This document shows positions 10,282 to 20,311 of a stretch of 64,000 bases of DNA, piece by piece. The translations under genes were made by a program, and so were the position numbers. Source of the stretch: an uncultured bacterium (lineage in GTDB: Bacteria; Bacteroidota; Bacteroidia; CAILMK01); the NCBI GenBank assembly GCA_903829945.1, contig CAIKRV010000063.1:26502-90501 (forward strand), given 5' to 3'. The stretch's first letter is position 1, and each line of letters opens with the position of its first letter. Below the pieces are notes generated by a model that did not search any database, was not told where the DNA came from, and saw nothing but the letters and a program-made list of their open reading frames with translations.

Positions 10282-11259
10282 CTAGGACTTTAATAATTCC
10301 TTCCATGTTCCTTTATGGAAGGCATATTTTAGAGTAGAGGAAAGTGATTCAAAAAAATATTTATTAAGATTCACAGAAAAGCTGGGTTGAAAATAACAAT
10401 TGATCGTACAACCCTGACATTTTTCGTGTCGCCCTTCCAATTGGATTTCTTTTTGCACGGTTTCAGATTGGCGCAAAGCAATTAAATTTCCATCTATAGG
10501 AAGTTCAGCTTTGTTTAAATGATAACAAGGAAGGATCAAATTATTTTCGGGCGAAATAACTACTGTAGTACTACCTGCAAAACAAGATGGATCATTTATA
10601 TTATTGCCGCCATTTCTTCTAAGTGTTAAGAATGCCTTATTCAAATAAACGCCTTTGCGTTTTCCCCAATGTTCCAGTATTTCCAAATCCTTTTCACTAA
10701 GTTCAGAACCAATATCCGAATAAGAAAAAATTGGATTTAAAATAAGCATTAATTGATTCGGCACAGTAATCTCTTCATACACCTGTTTGATGTGATGAAT
10801 ATTTGAGCTATTAACGGTAAATAATATATCCGGACGCTCTCCAAGCGATTTTGCTATTTGTATGGAACGTAAAAAATGATCAAAACAATTAACACCGCGT
10901 GATTGATTATGCTCTTCGGCGGTAGGTGCATCTAAAGAAAAATGCAACATGTCTATTAATCCGGCCAATGCTTCTGCGTGCTTAGGATACAATAAAGTAT
11001 TGGTGGTAACAGTTGTGATAAAATTTAAATCTTTGGCAAGTTTTAAAAATATCGGAAGTTCTTTATGAAGTAAAGGTTCACCGCCGGTAAAGTCAATTAC
11101 TTTAACGCCGAGTTTTTTTAAATCTCTTAAGTTTTCGCGTACATTTTCGATATTAACATAGGGAGAAGGTTTTTCCCAAATATCACAAAAACCGCAGGCC
11201 GCATTGCAACGATAAGTTACGTAATAATTGCATAGTACCGGTCGTTTGGTTAAACGCAT
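10282..11259 (-). CDS. Radical SAM enzyme with a C-terminal SPASM/twitch-like cysteine cluster
   Basis: 325-aa protein. It has the CNAACGFC motif (CxxxCxxC) at residues 19-26 and a Gly-rich SAM motif (FTGGEPLL). A C-terminal cysteine cluster reads CFAGS...PC...KCQGCTINC. Confidence 0.8.
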   Translation of the reverse strand: MRLTKRPVLCNYYVTYRCNAACGFCDIWEKPSPYVNIENVRENLRDLKKLGVKVIDFTGGEPLLHKELPIFLKLAKDLNFITTVTTNTLLYPKHAEALAGLIDMLHFSLDAPTAEEHNQSRGVNCFDHFLRSIQIAKSLGERPDILFTVNSSNIHHIKQVYEEITVPNQLMLILNPIFSYSDIGSELSEKDLEILEHWGKRKGVYLNKAFLTLRRNGGNNINDPSCFAGSTTVVISPENNLILPCYHLNKAELPIDGNLIALRQSETVQKEIQLEGRHEKCQGCTINCYFQPSFSVNLNKYFFESLSSTLKYAFHKGTWKELLKS

Positions 11260-11327
11260 AGAAAATTTAAAATTATAATATCCGGAAGCTACAAATAATT
11301 AAAGAAAAAGCGAAAGAAGATTTGCCC

Positions 11328-12200
11328 TTAAGCTGTTTTCTTTTTCGCTTTGGTTCCTTCTTGCAGCATTCCTAACAGATGCGTAAATTTCTCTTTCATT
11401 TCCTTTCGATTGACGATAAAATCAACGAAGCCGTGTTCCACTAAAAATTCAGCACTTTGAAATCCTTTTGGCAAGTCTTTACCAATTGTCTCCTTAATAA
11501 CTCGCGGACCGGCAAAACCAATTAAGGCACCGGGCTCGGCTACATTAAAATCACCCAGCATAGCAAAGGAAGCAGTAACACCTCCTGTAGTAGGATCGGT
11601 AAGTAAACTGATAAAAGGTACGCCGGCTTGGTCCAACAAGGCAAGTTTAGCGGAAGTTTTAGCCATTTGCATTAAAGATAAGGCTGCTTCCATCATGCGT
11701 GCACCGCCGGATTTTGAAATAATAATTAATGGGAACTGATGAATTCTTGCATAATCAATGGCACGAGCAATTTTTTCACCCACTACGGAGCCCATAGAGC
11801 CGCCAATAAAGGAAAAATCCATGCAGGCAATCACGATATCTATTCCATTCATTTTCCCGGTAGCAGAACGCAAAGCATCATTAAGTTCAGTGGTTTGCCA
11901 GGCTTCCTGTAATCGGGAAGTATAGGGCTTTTTATCTATGAATTTTAATGGATCGGCTGCTTTTAAATCTTTGTCCAATTCCGTAAATATTCCATCATCA
12001 AACAAAATATTGAAATATTGTTTACTGCCTATACGAAAATGATATCCATCTTCCGGACAAACAAAATTATTATCTTCTAAATCGCGAGTAGTGATGGCCT
12101 TTTTACATGAGGGACATTTATTCCATATCCCCTCAGGCACTTCTTTCTTTTCATCAGTGGATGTTAAAATCCCGTCTTTTATTCTCTTAAACCAAGGCAT
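11328..12200 (-). CDS. accD: Acetyl-CoA carboxylase carboxyltransferase beta subunit
   Basis: Zn-ribbon motifs CPSCKK...CPEDGYH followed by the carboxyltransferase domain ([12 protein letters not shown]). The ORF in the track runs to 12245, but MPWFKRIK matches the canonical AccD N-terminus, so I chose the ATG at ~12200 as the start. Confidence 0.85.
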   Translation of the reverse strand: MPWFKRIKDGILTSTDEKKEVPEGIWNKCPSCKKAITTRDLEDNNFVCPEDGYHFRIGSKQYFNILFDDGIFTELDKDLKAADPLKFIDKKPYTSRLQEAWQTTELNDALRSATGKMNGIDIVIACMDFSFIGGSMGSVVGEKIARAIDYARIHQFPLIIISKSGGARMMEAALSLMQMAKTSAKLALLDQAGVPFISLLTDPTTGGVTASFAMLGDFNVAEPGALIGFAGPRVIKETIGKDLPKGFQSAEFLVEHGFVDFIVNRKEMKEKFTHLLGMLQEGTKAKKKTA

Positions 12201-12322
12201 AATTTTCCCTTTGTTGCAGGGCAAAGATACAAATTTTGTATCCATTCCGTTGATGGCAGCTCTTACCCATTTAATTATCTAATAATAAAATAATTACATG
12301 CTTAAAACCTTAAAATTAGACA

Positions 12323-12364
12323 CAAAAAAAACCGAAGATTTAAGTAAAATCTTCGGTTTTTAAT
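12323..12364 (-). terminator. Rho-independent terminator downstream of fbaB
   Basis: Hairpin accgaagattt/aaatcttcggt. On the minus strand it is followed by a run of 8 U (A8 at 12323-12330 on + strand). Confidence 0.6.
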
Positions 12365-12377
12365 TTATTCAGATAGC

Positions 12378-13436
12378 TTATGCTATGGTAACGTCTTTGC
12401 TTAAATAAACGTCTTGAATGGAATTTAATAATGCAATTCCTTCATTCATTGGTTTTTGGAATGATTTTCTACCGGAAATCAAACCTGCACCGCCGGCACG
12501 TTTATTAATAACGGCGGTAGTAATTGCTTCCGCCAAATCTGAAGCACCTTTGGATTCTCCTCCGGAATTAATTAATCCACTGCGACCCATATAACAATTT
12601 GCCACTTGGTAACGGCAAAGGTCAATCGGATTATCAGAAGTCAATTCAGTATATACTTTTTCAGAGGTTTTACCAAAATTCAAAGCCTTATAACCGCCAT
12701 TGGTTGTAGGAAGTTTTTGTTTAATAATATCCGCTTGAATGGTAACACCTAAATGATTTGCCTGTCCGGTTAAATCAGCTGCAGTATGATAATCTACGCC
12801 ATCTTTTTTGAAAGCGCTATTACGCAAATAGCACCATAAAACGGTAGCCATGCCTAATTCGTGGGCACGTTCAAAGGCAGCAGCTACTTCAACAATTTGA
12901 CGAGCAGATTCATCTGAACCAAAATAAATAGTAGCACCCACGGCTACTGCACCCAAATTCCAAGCATCTTCTACAGAGCCGAACATAATTTGGTCAAATT
13001 TATTTGGATAGGTTAAGAACTCATTGTGATTAATTTTCACAATAAAAGGAATCTTATGCGCATATTTTCTTGAAACAGAAGCTAATACACCATAAGTACT
13101 GGCTACGGCATTACAACCGCCTTCAATTGCTAATTTTACAATGTTTTCCGGATCAAAATACATAGGGTTAGGAGCAAATGAAGCTCCGGCACTATGTTCT
13201 ATTCCTTGATCTACAGGCAAAATGCTCATGTACCCGGTATTTGCCAATCTTCCATGGCCATAAATAGCTTGTAATGAACGTAAAACTTGAGGACTACGAT
13301 TAGAATTAATCCACAAATCATCCACAACGCTAGGTGATGGCAAATGTAAATGTTCTTTCAAAATTGTTTTAGAACTGTGATTGAGAAGGTTATCGGCATT
13401 AGAGCCGAGAAGTTCAGCGATTTTGTCTATATTCAT
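12378..13436 (-). CDS. fbaB: Class I fructose-bisphosphate aldolase (FbaB/DhnA type)
   Basis: 352-aa protein. The regions [16 protein letters not shown] and [12 protein letters not shown] match the class I (Schiff-base) aldolase family. Confidence 0.8.
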   Translation of the reverse strand: MNIDKIAELLGSNADNLLNHSSKTILKEHLHLPSPSVVDDLWINSNRSPQVLRSLQAIYGHGRLANTGYMSILPVDQGIEHSAGASFAPNPMYFDPENIVKLAIEGGCNAVASTYGVLASVSRKYAHKIPFIVKINHNEFLTYPNKFDQIMFGSVEDAWNLGAVAVGATIYFGSDESARQIVEVAAAFERAHELGMATVLWCYLRNSAFKKDGVDYHTAADLTGQANHLGVTIQADIIKQKLPTTNGGYKALNFGKTSEKVYTELTSDNPIDLCRYQVANCYMGRSGLINSGGESKGASDLAEAITTAVINKRAGGAGLISGRKSFQKPMNEGIALLNSIQDVYLSKDVTIA

Positions 13437-13598
13437 TAGATTTTCAATTTTTTAAGGTTGAATATATTGAAATTTGCTGCAAAGGTACAACGAAAACTTC
13501 GTTTTGAAATGATAAAACTCAGGAATTAGAAAATAGCTGCGCACCTATTTTAATAGGTTTTAAAGCTGTTTAGCCGTTAAATTTCGCAGTTTAATGGC

Positions 13599-14177
13599 TT
13601 AAAGAGCCTCTGCAACTACTTCTTTTACTTCCGGTAATAATCTTTTAAGTAGTCCTTCTATTCCACCCTTTAAGGTAACCATAGAAGAAGGACAACCACT
13701 GCAAGAGCCTCTCAAGCTCAAGGTAACAATACCTTCATCATAGGATTTAAAATCAATGGCACCGCCATCCATTTCCACCACCGGACGAATATTATTGCCT
13801 AAAATATCTTTTATTTTCCTAACAATTTCCGAATCACCTTCATCATGAGAAAATGATGGTATTTCTTGCAGCATTTGGGCGGTGACTACTTCATTTCCGG
13901 TTTCAATAAATTCCTTTAAGAAGGTTCGCATTTTAGGAATAATTTGAATCCATTTCCATTCCTCAGGTTTGGTAATGGTAACAAAATTGGCACTGATAAA
14001 AACGCCTTTTACAAATTCAAATTCAAACAAAGCCTTTGCTAAAGGCGAACGCTCTGCTTCCTCCTTGGAAGTAAAATCAAAAGTCCCACCCTTGGCCAAA
14101 TCTTTATTGGCTACAAATTTTAATGTTTCAGGATTCGGGGTTTGTTCGGCGTATATACTTATAAAATTTTCCATCAT
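13599..14177 (-). CDS. Fe-S cluster assembly protein of the NifU/Nfu family (Nfu_N + NifU-like domains)
   Basis: 192-aa protein. The N-terminal Nfu_N-like region reads TPNPETLKF. The C-terminal NifU-like region carries CSGCPSS. Confidence 0.7.
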   Translation of the reverse strand: MMENFISIYAEQTPNPETLKFVANKDLAKGGTFDFTSKEEAERSPLAKALFEFEFVKGVFISANFVTITKPEEWKWIQIIPKMRTFLKEFIETGNEVVTAQMLQEIPSFSHDEGDSEIVRKIKDILGNNIRPVVEMDGGAIDFKSYDEGIVTLSLRGSCSGCPSSMVTLKGGIEGLLKRLLPEVKEVVAEAL

Positions 14178-14204
14178 TAATTCTTTTTTTATATTTAATT
14201 CAAC

Positions 14205-14834
14205 TTAGGGAATCTGCATCCATTTATGGGTTTGCAAACTCATTCTCCATTCAGGATGTTCTTTAATAAAATCAATAATTAAAGGAAGCATCTTTTCTTG
14301 TTTACTCCATTCCGGTTGCAATAATAAATTACAATCCTTACCTACTTTACCGGCTTCCTCCAAGGCCCATTTAAAATCGGAATTATTATAAACAATCACT
14401 TTTAGTTCTTGTGCCTGAGCATATATTTCTGAGAGTGGATTTTTAAATTTTTTTGGCGATAAACAAATCCAATCAAAATGACCACTGGCAGGATGTGCTC
14501 CGGAAGTTTCAATATTTATTTCAAATCCGGCCTTTTTTAATCCATCAGTTAAGGAAACAAGATCATGCATAAAAGGTTCCCCACCGGTAATTACCACCAA
14601 TCGAGAAGGATATGCCAAAGCACCTGCAATGATGGCTTCTATGCTTAGTAAAGGGTAATTTTCCGTTTGCCAAGATTCTTTGACATCGCACCAATGACAA
14701 CCCACATCACAACCGGCCAATCGAATAAAATAAGCAGCCCTTCCGGAATGCATTCCTTCACCCTGAAGCGTATAAAATGCTTCCATTACCGGCAATTGCA
14801 TTTCAATATTTGCGGAATTATTGCTCACTGCCAT
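14205..14834 (-). CDS. queE: 7-carboxy-7-deazaguanine synthase (radical SAM)
   Basis: The motifs FIRLAGCDVGCHWCD and ITGGEP match QueE. The start is ambiguous (see findings). Candidate starts are MAVSN at 14834 and MQLPVMEAF at 14801. Confidence 0.75.
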   Translation of the reverse strand: MAVSNNSANIEMQLPVMEAFYTLQGEGMHSGRAAYFIRLAGCDVGCHWCDVKESWQTENYPLLSIEAIIAGALAYPSRLVVITGGEPFMHDLVSLTDGLKKAGFEINIETSGAHPASGHFDWICLSPKKFKNPLSEIYAQAQELKVIVYNNSDFKWALEEAGKVGKDCNLLLQPEWSKQEKMLPLIIDFIKEHPEWRMSLQTHKWMQIP

Positions 14835-15700
14835 TAATTTGTGGCTTGTAAAGTATTTAAAAGCAAACAAGCTATGGTCATAGGCCCTACCCCCCCGGGT
14901 ACCGGTGTAATGTACGAACATTTGTCTTTGACTTCATTAAAATCAACATCTCCTACCAATCGGAACCCGCTCTTTTTGGAAGCATCATCGATTCGATTCA
15001 TGCCTACGTCAATTATTACTGCGCCTTCTTTGACCATATCTGCTTTTATCAGTTGTGGAATACCCACTGCTGCAATAATAATATCAGCCTTACGGGTATA
15101 GGAAGCTAAATCTATGGTATGACTATGGCAAACAGTAACTGTTGCATTACCTGGATAGGCCGGGCGCGACATTAAAATACTAATCGGGGAGCCTACAATT
15201 TGACTCCTGCCTACAACTACGCAATTTTTTCCTTTGGTTTCAATATTATACTCTTCCAGTATTTTTAAAATGCCGTAGGGCGTAGCCGGCAAAGCACAGG
15301 GTAAATTCTTGGCCATACGTCCAATATTCATAGGATGGAAACCATCAACATCCTTTCGGTAATCAATTTTTTCTACCACTTTACTAACATCAATATGCTT
15401 AGGCAATGGCAATTGCACCAATAATCCATGGATGTCCGGATCATTATTAATTACATCAATTTGATGTAATAATTCTGCCTCGCTAATCGAAGATTCATAT
15501 CGAAACAAAGAAGATTTAAATCCTATTTCTTCACAGGATTTAATTTTATTGCGCACATAAGTTTCACTTGCCGGGTCATTTCCCACCAAAATGGCACATA
15601 AATGCGGAATGGAAGCTCCGGAATCTTTTTTCCGTGAAACTTCTTCTTTGATTTGATTTTTTATTTTTATAGAAAGTGCTTTACCGTCAAGTATTTGCAT
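14834..15700 (-). CDS. folD: Bifunctional methylene-THF dehydrogenase/cyclohydrolase
   Basis: 288-aa protein carrying [21 protein letters not shown] and [12 protein letters not shown], which match FolD. Confidence 0.9.
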   Translation of the reverse strand: MQILDGKALSIKIKNQIKEEVSRKKDSGASIPHLCAILVGNDPASETYVRNKIKSCEEIGFKSSLFRYESSISEAELLHQIDVINNDPDIHGLLVQLPLPKHIDVSKVVEKIDYRKDVDGFHPMNIGRMAKNLPCALPATPYGILKILEEYNIETKGKNCVVVGRSQIVGSPISILMSRPAYPGNATVTVCHSHTIDLASYTRKADIIIAAVGIPQLIKADMVKEGAVIIDVGMNRIDDASKKSGFRLVGDVDFNEVKDKCSYITPVPGGVGPMTIACLLLNTLQATN

Positions 15701-15789
15701 AAAATAATTTTAAAATTTTCAGCATTGGAATGCTGCTGCAAATTTCCGTTTTATTTAGTTCTAAATCAATAAAAGTAAAGCAATTTAAT

Positions 15790-16518
15790 TTAGCTTCTTC
15801 TGGCTTCGTAGAAAATAATTCCCGCAGCTACCGAAACATTTAAGGATTGAATGGCCCCGGTCATAGGTATTTTAACCTGATCATCACATAATTCCAGTAA
15901 TGCCGGATGAATACCTTCATCTTCCGCACCCAAAACAATGGCTGTCGGGACAGAAAAATTTGCTTCTGAAACTGACTTTTTAGCCTTCTCTGTACAAGCA
16001 ATTAATTGCAAACCGGAATCCTTAATCAGTTTCAAGCTTTGATTAAAATTAATTTCCCTGCAAAGATGAATTTTATTTAGTGCGCCTGCAGAGGATTTGA
16101 GCGCATCGGCATTGAGCATGGCCGAACCGGAGGATGGAAATACCAAAGCTTGAATGCCAAAGCATTCTGCGCTTCTGGCAATGGCACCAAAATTTCTTAC
16201 ATCCGTAATACCATCCATAATAGCAATCATAGGAGTTTCACCGCTTTCAAATAATCCGGGGAGCACTTGGTCAATGCTTTCAAACTCCACCGGTGAGGTG
16301 AGTGCGATGACGCCCTGATGTGTCTTTGAGGTTAATCGGTTTAGCTTTTCCCTGGGTACAAACTGAAATGGAACCTTATATAATTTTAACTTAGAAATAA
16401 GTTCAGCAATGCGTTCATTGTGAATATCTTTTTGGATATACACTTTATTGATAGGCACTCCGGAAGCCAGTGCTTCATTAAGCGGGTGAATGCCATAAAT
16501 TTTTTGCTTTGGTTCCAT
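15790..16518 (-). CDS. rlmB: SpoU/TrmH-family 23S rRNA 2'-O-methyltransferase
   Basis: 242-aa protein. The C-terminal SPOUT motifs read LVFPSSGSAM and IPMTGAIQSLNVSVAAGII. Confidence 0.75.
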   Translation of the reverse strand: MEPKQKIYGIHPLNEALASGVPINKVYIQKDIHNERIAELISKLKLYKVPFQFVPREKLNRLTSKTHQGVIALTSPVEFESIDQVLPGLFESGETPMIAIMDGITDVRNFGAIARSAECFGIQALVFPSSGSAMLNADALKSSAGALNKIHLCREINFNQSLKLIKDSGLQLIACTEKAKKSVSEANFSVPTAIVLGAEDEGIHPALLELCDDQVKIPMTGAIQSLNVSVAAGIIFYEARRS

Positions 16519-16566
16519 ACAACTTCTTAAAGAAGTTGCAAAGGTAGTTTAATATTTGCTTATGTA

Positions 16567-17577
16567 TTAAGTACCTTTTTGCATATTGCTGTATATAATA
16601 TTTGAAATGCCTTGAATAACACCGGCCAAGGTATATACATTTTTGCCTTTGGTCATTATTCCAAGTAAATAAGGCTTTCCGCCGCAATATACCAAACCGC
16701 AATCGTGCAATTGATTTTCACTATTAGAAAACCATTGTCCGTATTTATGTGCTACATGTATACCGGGACATCCGGCTTCAATGCCATCTTTAAAATACAC
16801 CTGAGATAATATTTCTAATGCAAAATTAGATTGTTCTTTGGTAAGGTAGGAAGCATTGTATAATACTCTGAAAAAGCGCATATAATCCGCAACGCATAAA
16901 TAATCCGCATCACTGGAAAACTTTACTGCCATTTTTATGTTAAAATCCTCGTAAACTTTAGCAATAAATTTGGTTGGTATATTTGCGTCCAGAATAACAG
17001 TGGCATCATTATCGGAATACTCAATCATTTGTTTTAATAATTCCTTGATGGTATATTGCTGTCCAATTTGTAAAGACTTAGGGATATTATTAGGCACATC
17101 AATTTGAAAATGACGATACGTAAATTTTTTATTTAATACTCCGGGACTGTCCTGCTCATATTTTAAATAGGCCAATAGTTCGGGAACTTTCATCAAACTT
17201 GCCGGGTGAAAATTTTCATGGTCATTAATTCCAAACATATAACCATCATTTAACCCCCGGAAATAAACAGACACAGCGTTTACTTTTCCTTCCGCTTGGC
17301 ATTTCTTAATGTATTCGGCAACTTCTTCTCTAAATGGTTGTACGTAATTTATATTTGAATTTTCGAGATTTGGATTTAAAAAAGGAAATTGCGCATTAAT
17401 TCTAGACTCGGACGGATGTTCATTTTTATTATTAGCCGGAGTTTTATTCGCATTATGGAAAAAATAATAAAGCGAAAATGAAGTCGTAATCCAAGCGAAG
17501 CATATCATAATCAAAATCCAGAGTGGTACTTGCTTTGGCTTAGTATAGGATGGTATTCCTATTGGAGATTTTGGCAT
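16567..17577 (-). CDS. Membrane-anchored serine hydrolase related to class A beta-lactamases
   Basis: 336-aa protein with an N-terminal TM helix. It has an SxxK motif (PASLMK), an SDN motif (YSDNDAT) and a KYG triad position. Confidence 0.55.
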   Translation of the reverse strand: MPKSPIGIPSYTKPKQVPLWILIMICFAWITTSFSLYYFFHNANKTPANNKNEHPSESRINAQFPFLNPNLENSNINYVQPFREEVAEYIKKCQAEGKVNAVSVYFRGLNDGYMFGINDHENFHPASLMKVPELLAYLKYEQDSPGVLNKKFTYRHFQIDVPNNIPKSLQIGQQYTIKELLKQMIEYSDNDATVILDANIPTKFIAKVYEDFNIKMAVKFSSDADYLCVADYMRFFRVLYNASYLTKEQSNFALEILSQVYFKDGIEAGCPGIHVAHKYGQWFSNSENQLHDCGLVYCGGKPYLLGIMTKGKNVYTLAGVIQGISNIIYSNMQKGT

Positions 17578-17911
17578 GTTGTGAAGTTTTTATAGTGTGG
17601 TTTACAAAAATACATAAATGTTTCTTTTCAGTAAAAAAATATTTTTAAATCGGCGAAAAATGCACCCTTAAATTTATAATGCCACGCTGAAATAAAATCA
17701 TTTATGTATTTGATTTATTTTTTATAGCAGGTGCTAAGGTATTAAGGGTACTTTATCATTACAGTAGATAAGACTCTAATGTACCCACGGGGTTTATTTT
17801 GAAAAGAATTATAAGTATCCATGTGCCATTTTGTAGTTTAGTTCATCTATCCTTCAAAATTATAAGCTGCCAAAACATGATGTATCATGATTTTTTGAAA
17901 TCTTACTTGGA

Positions 17912-17945
17912 TAAAAAAAAGGGAACCTGCATAGATTCCCCTTTT
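17912..17945 (-). terminator. Rho-independent terminator downstream of the DUF3127 gene
   Basis: Hairpin gggaa-N11-ttccc preceded on the + strand by A8 (17913-17920), which gives a U-run on the minus strand. The gene stop is at 17965. Confidence 0.55.
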
Positions 17946-17964
17946 GATTTATTTTCAAATTCCA

Positions 17965-18327
17965 TTAAAAAGGTAATTCATCCGGTGGCATATGCTCCAT
18001 AGAAGGCATGCCCGTATCTGATGGCAATTGATCTTCATTATCGGTAATTGCAACTTGTAGGCGATCTATTTTCCAAGCTTTTATATCTGTGTACCAACGA
18101 TCATTATATTCTCTGGATTCTACATTAAAAGACACTTTTAATTTATCCCCCGGTTTAAATTTTTTTAAATCTTCTACTTTATCACCCCAAGCAGCAATGC
18201 AAACCTTTTTAGGAAATTGTTCATCCGTTTCCAAAATAAAATCGCGTTTTACCCAATTTCCATTTTTACTTACTCCGGTCTGCTCCGCTTGCATTTTCCA
18301 TAGGGTCCCAGTAATTTCTAATGCCAT
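17965..18327 (-). CDS. DUF3127-family small protein
   Basis: 120-aa protein. MALEITGTLWKM...NGNWVKRDFILETDEQFPKKVCIAAWGDK matches the conserved Bacteroidota DUF3127 family. Confidence 0.55.
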   Translation of the reverse strand: MALEITGTLWKMQAEQTGVSKNGNWVKRDFILETDEQFPKKVCIAAWGDKVEDLKKFKPGDKLKVSFNVESREYNDRWYTDIKAWKIDRLQVAITDNEDQLPSDTGMPSMEHMPPDELPF

Positions 18328-18354
18328 AATTTTATTATTTTAATTTGTGCTTTT

Positions 18355-19452
18355 TTAAACGTTAAATCTAAAATGCATGATGTCGCCATCGGCTACTACA
18401 TATTCCTTGCCTTCCACTCTTATTTTTCCTGCATCGCGGCAGGCAGATTCTGAGCCGTAGCTGATAAAGTCTTGGTAAGAGATCACCTCCGCCCTGATAA
18501 AGCCTTTTTCAAAATCGGAATGGATGACACCTGCAGCTTGCGGTGCTTTAGTATTCAGTTCTATTTGCCAAGCGCGAACTTCCTTGACCCCTGCCGTAAA
18601 ATAAGTGATTAAATTTAGCAATCTATAGGCAGTAGTTATTAATCTATGAACACCCGGCTCCTGCAAGCCGTACATACTTAAGTATTCTTTGCGTTCTTCC
18701 AAGGTGGCTAATTCTGCTATTTCGGATTCAATCTTAGCTGAAATAATTAATAATTCTGCATGCTCATCCTTAATGGCTTCTCGCAATTGATCTACATGGG
18801 CATTTCCATGAAGTACAGCTGCTTCATCCACATTGGCTAAGTAAAGCACCGGCTTTATTGTAATTAAATGTAAATCACGAATTAATTCTTTCTCTTCGGG
18901 TGTCATTTCCATGCTTCTGATGGATTTGGCTGCCTCCAAATGATTTTTGGCGCGTTGCAAAACTTCTAAAGTTTTTTGCAGGGTCTTATCCCCTCCTTTG
19001 GCTTGCTTTTCAATGCGCTGAATACGTTTCTCAACACTATCCAAATCTTTCAGCTGCAATTCGATATCAATAATTTCTTTATCACGTACCGGATGCACGG
19101 AACCATCTACATGAATTACATTAGGATCATCAAAACAACGTATCACATGTATAATAGCATTGGTATCTCTGATATTTCCTAAAAATTGATTGCCTAATCC
19201 TTCCCCTTTGGAGGCACCTTTAACCAAACCTGCAATATCTACTATTTCAATAGTATTGGGCAATACATTCTGCGGATTGACCAACTCGGTTAATTTTAAT
19301 AATCGAGGATCCGGAACGGTAATTACGCCCACATTGGGTTCAATTGTACAAAAAGGGAAATTGGCTGCTTGCGCCTTTGCGCTTGATAGAGAGTTAAATA
19401 GCGTTGATTTACCCACATTTGGTAATCCAACTATACCACATTGTAATGCCAC
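18355..19452 (-). CDS. ychF: Ribosome-binding ATPase YchF
   Basis: The G1 motif reads [15 protein letters not shown] and the C-terminal TGS domain is present. The GTG at 19450-19452 ([10 protein letters not shown]) matches the canonical YchF N-terminus better than the upstream ATG at 19500. Confidence 0.9.
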   Translation of the reverse strand: MALQCGIVGLPNVGKSTLFNSLSSAKAQAANFPFCTIEPNVGVITVPDPRLLKLTELVNPQNVLPNTIEIVDIAGLVKGASKGEGLGNQFLGNIRDTNAIIHVIRCFDDPNVIHVDGSVHPVRDKEIIDIELQLKDLDSVEKRIQRIEKQAKGGDKTLQKTLEVLQRAKNHLEAAKSIRSMEMTPEEKELIRDLHLITIKPVLYLANVDEAAVLHGNAHVDQLREAIKDEHAELLIISAKIESEIAELATLEERKEYLSMYGLQEPGVHRLITTAYRLLNLITYFTAGVKEVRAWQIELNTKAPQAAGVIHSDFEKGFIRAEVISYQDFISYGSESACRDAGKIRVEGKEYVVADGDIMHFRFNV

Positions 19453-19832
19453 GTCTTGATTATAATTTAGAACTACAAAGGTAGGCAAAAGAGCCCGCAT
19501 GCCCTAAAATTATGTACTGCCCCTCTATTTTTAATCGTTTTTAGAAGATAATCAAGGCATATTGGATAGATTTTTTTGAAATATTGACAAAGTACTTATT
19601 TAGAATTTAAAGATTTATGTCAAATTTTTAAAATATTTAAGGCTTCAAAATCAAGGAAGGCTATACATCCAACAATGGGACATCATCATTTTAATATTTT
19701 ATTGAACTGTTTATCAATATGTTATAAAATAAGCCCTATATAAATCATTCAAAAAGTGATGCAAAATATGTTCCTTCTAAACAATGTAAGTAAATGGCTA
19801 AGCTTGCTATTTTTCAAGGATAAAAATGCCTT

Positions 19833-19840
19833 TAGATTTG
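19833..19840 (+). promoter_or_regulatory. Candidate Bacteroidota sigma-A -7 element (TAGATTTG, an exact match to TAnnTTTG). It sits ~55 nt upstream of the first hairpin in the array.
   Basis: TAGATTTG at 19833-19840 is an exact match to the Bacteroidota -7 consensus, on the same strand as the downstream terminator. TTG/TTTT lies 20-27 nt upstream. Confidence 0.35.
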
Positions 19841-19895
19841 AATCATAATTTAAATGTAACGCAAATAAGCAAAAGCTCTACAAACCAAATTAAGT

Positions 19896-20299
19896 CTAAT
19901 CCCGTAAGATTAGCGAAACGCACACAAAGCATAAGCCCCGTAAGGCTTATCTAGAATGGAATCCCGTAAGATTCCGGAACAACATAGCAAGTAAAACCCC
20001 GTAAGGTTTTACAACATGAAGCCCCGTAAGGCTTCGGAACAAAACAAAAAGATAACCCCGTAAGGTTATTTAAGTTGAAGCCCCGTAAGGCTTCCGAAGA
20101 AGACAAAAAGTAAAACCCCGTAAGGTTTTATAAGATGAAGCCCCGTAAGGTTTCGGAACAAGATGAAAGGTAAAGCCCCGTAAGGTTTCACCATGAAAGA
20201 ACCCTCCAAGGTTCAAAAATTAAAGCAAGTTCAACTTGCAAAAAATAAAAGGTGAGATCCCGTAAGGTCTTCCAAAAGTGCGGATCCCGTAAGGTCCCG
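19896..20299 (+). repeat. Tandem ~60-bp two-hairpin repeat units (about 5 units, then degenerate copies)
   Basis: Units such as ggaacaacatagcaa-gtaaaaccccgtaaggttttac-aacat-gaagccccgtaaggcttc repeat with a ~60-bp period. The stems vary (aagcc/ggctt, aaacc/ggttt, taacc/ggtta, gaatc/gattc, agatc/ggtct, ggatc/ggtcc) but always stay paired. Confidence 0.7.
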
Positions 20300-20311
20300 A
20301 AACAACAAATG

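Noticed and set aside
13437-13598. Checked the intergenic gaps (13437-13598, 15701-15789, 17578-17964, 57824-58005) for tRNA, tmRNA or riboswitch signatures
   Set aside because: There are no GTTCGAATC-type T-loops or cloverleaf-compatible segments. There are no recognisable riboswitch cores upstream of purM, queE or the transporters.
17799-18002. 67-aa + strand ORF in the 17.6-18.0 kb intergenic region
   Set aside because: It overlaps the minus-strand terminator and the 3' end of the DUF3127 gene. It shows no coding features. Its region is AT-rich promoter/terminator DNA.
19896-20299. Possibility that the hairpin array is a CRISPR array
   Set aside because: The repeats are 16-22-nt hairpins with variable stems, not identical 28-37-nt repeats. 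The spacers are 5-17 nt of A-rich linker, not unique protospacer-length segments. There are no cas genes.
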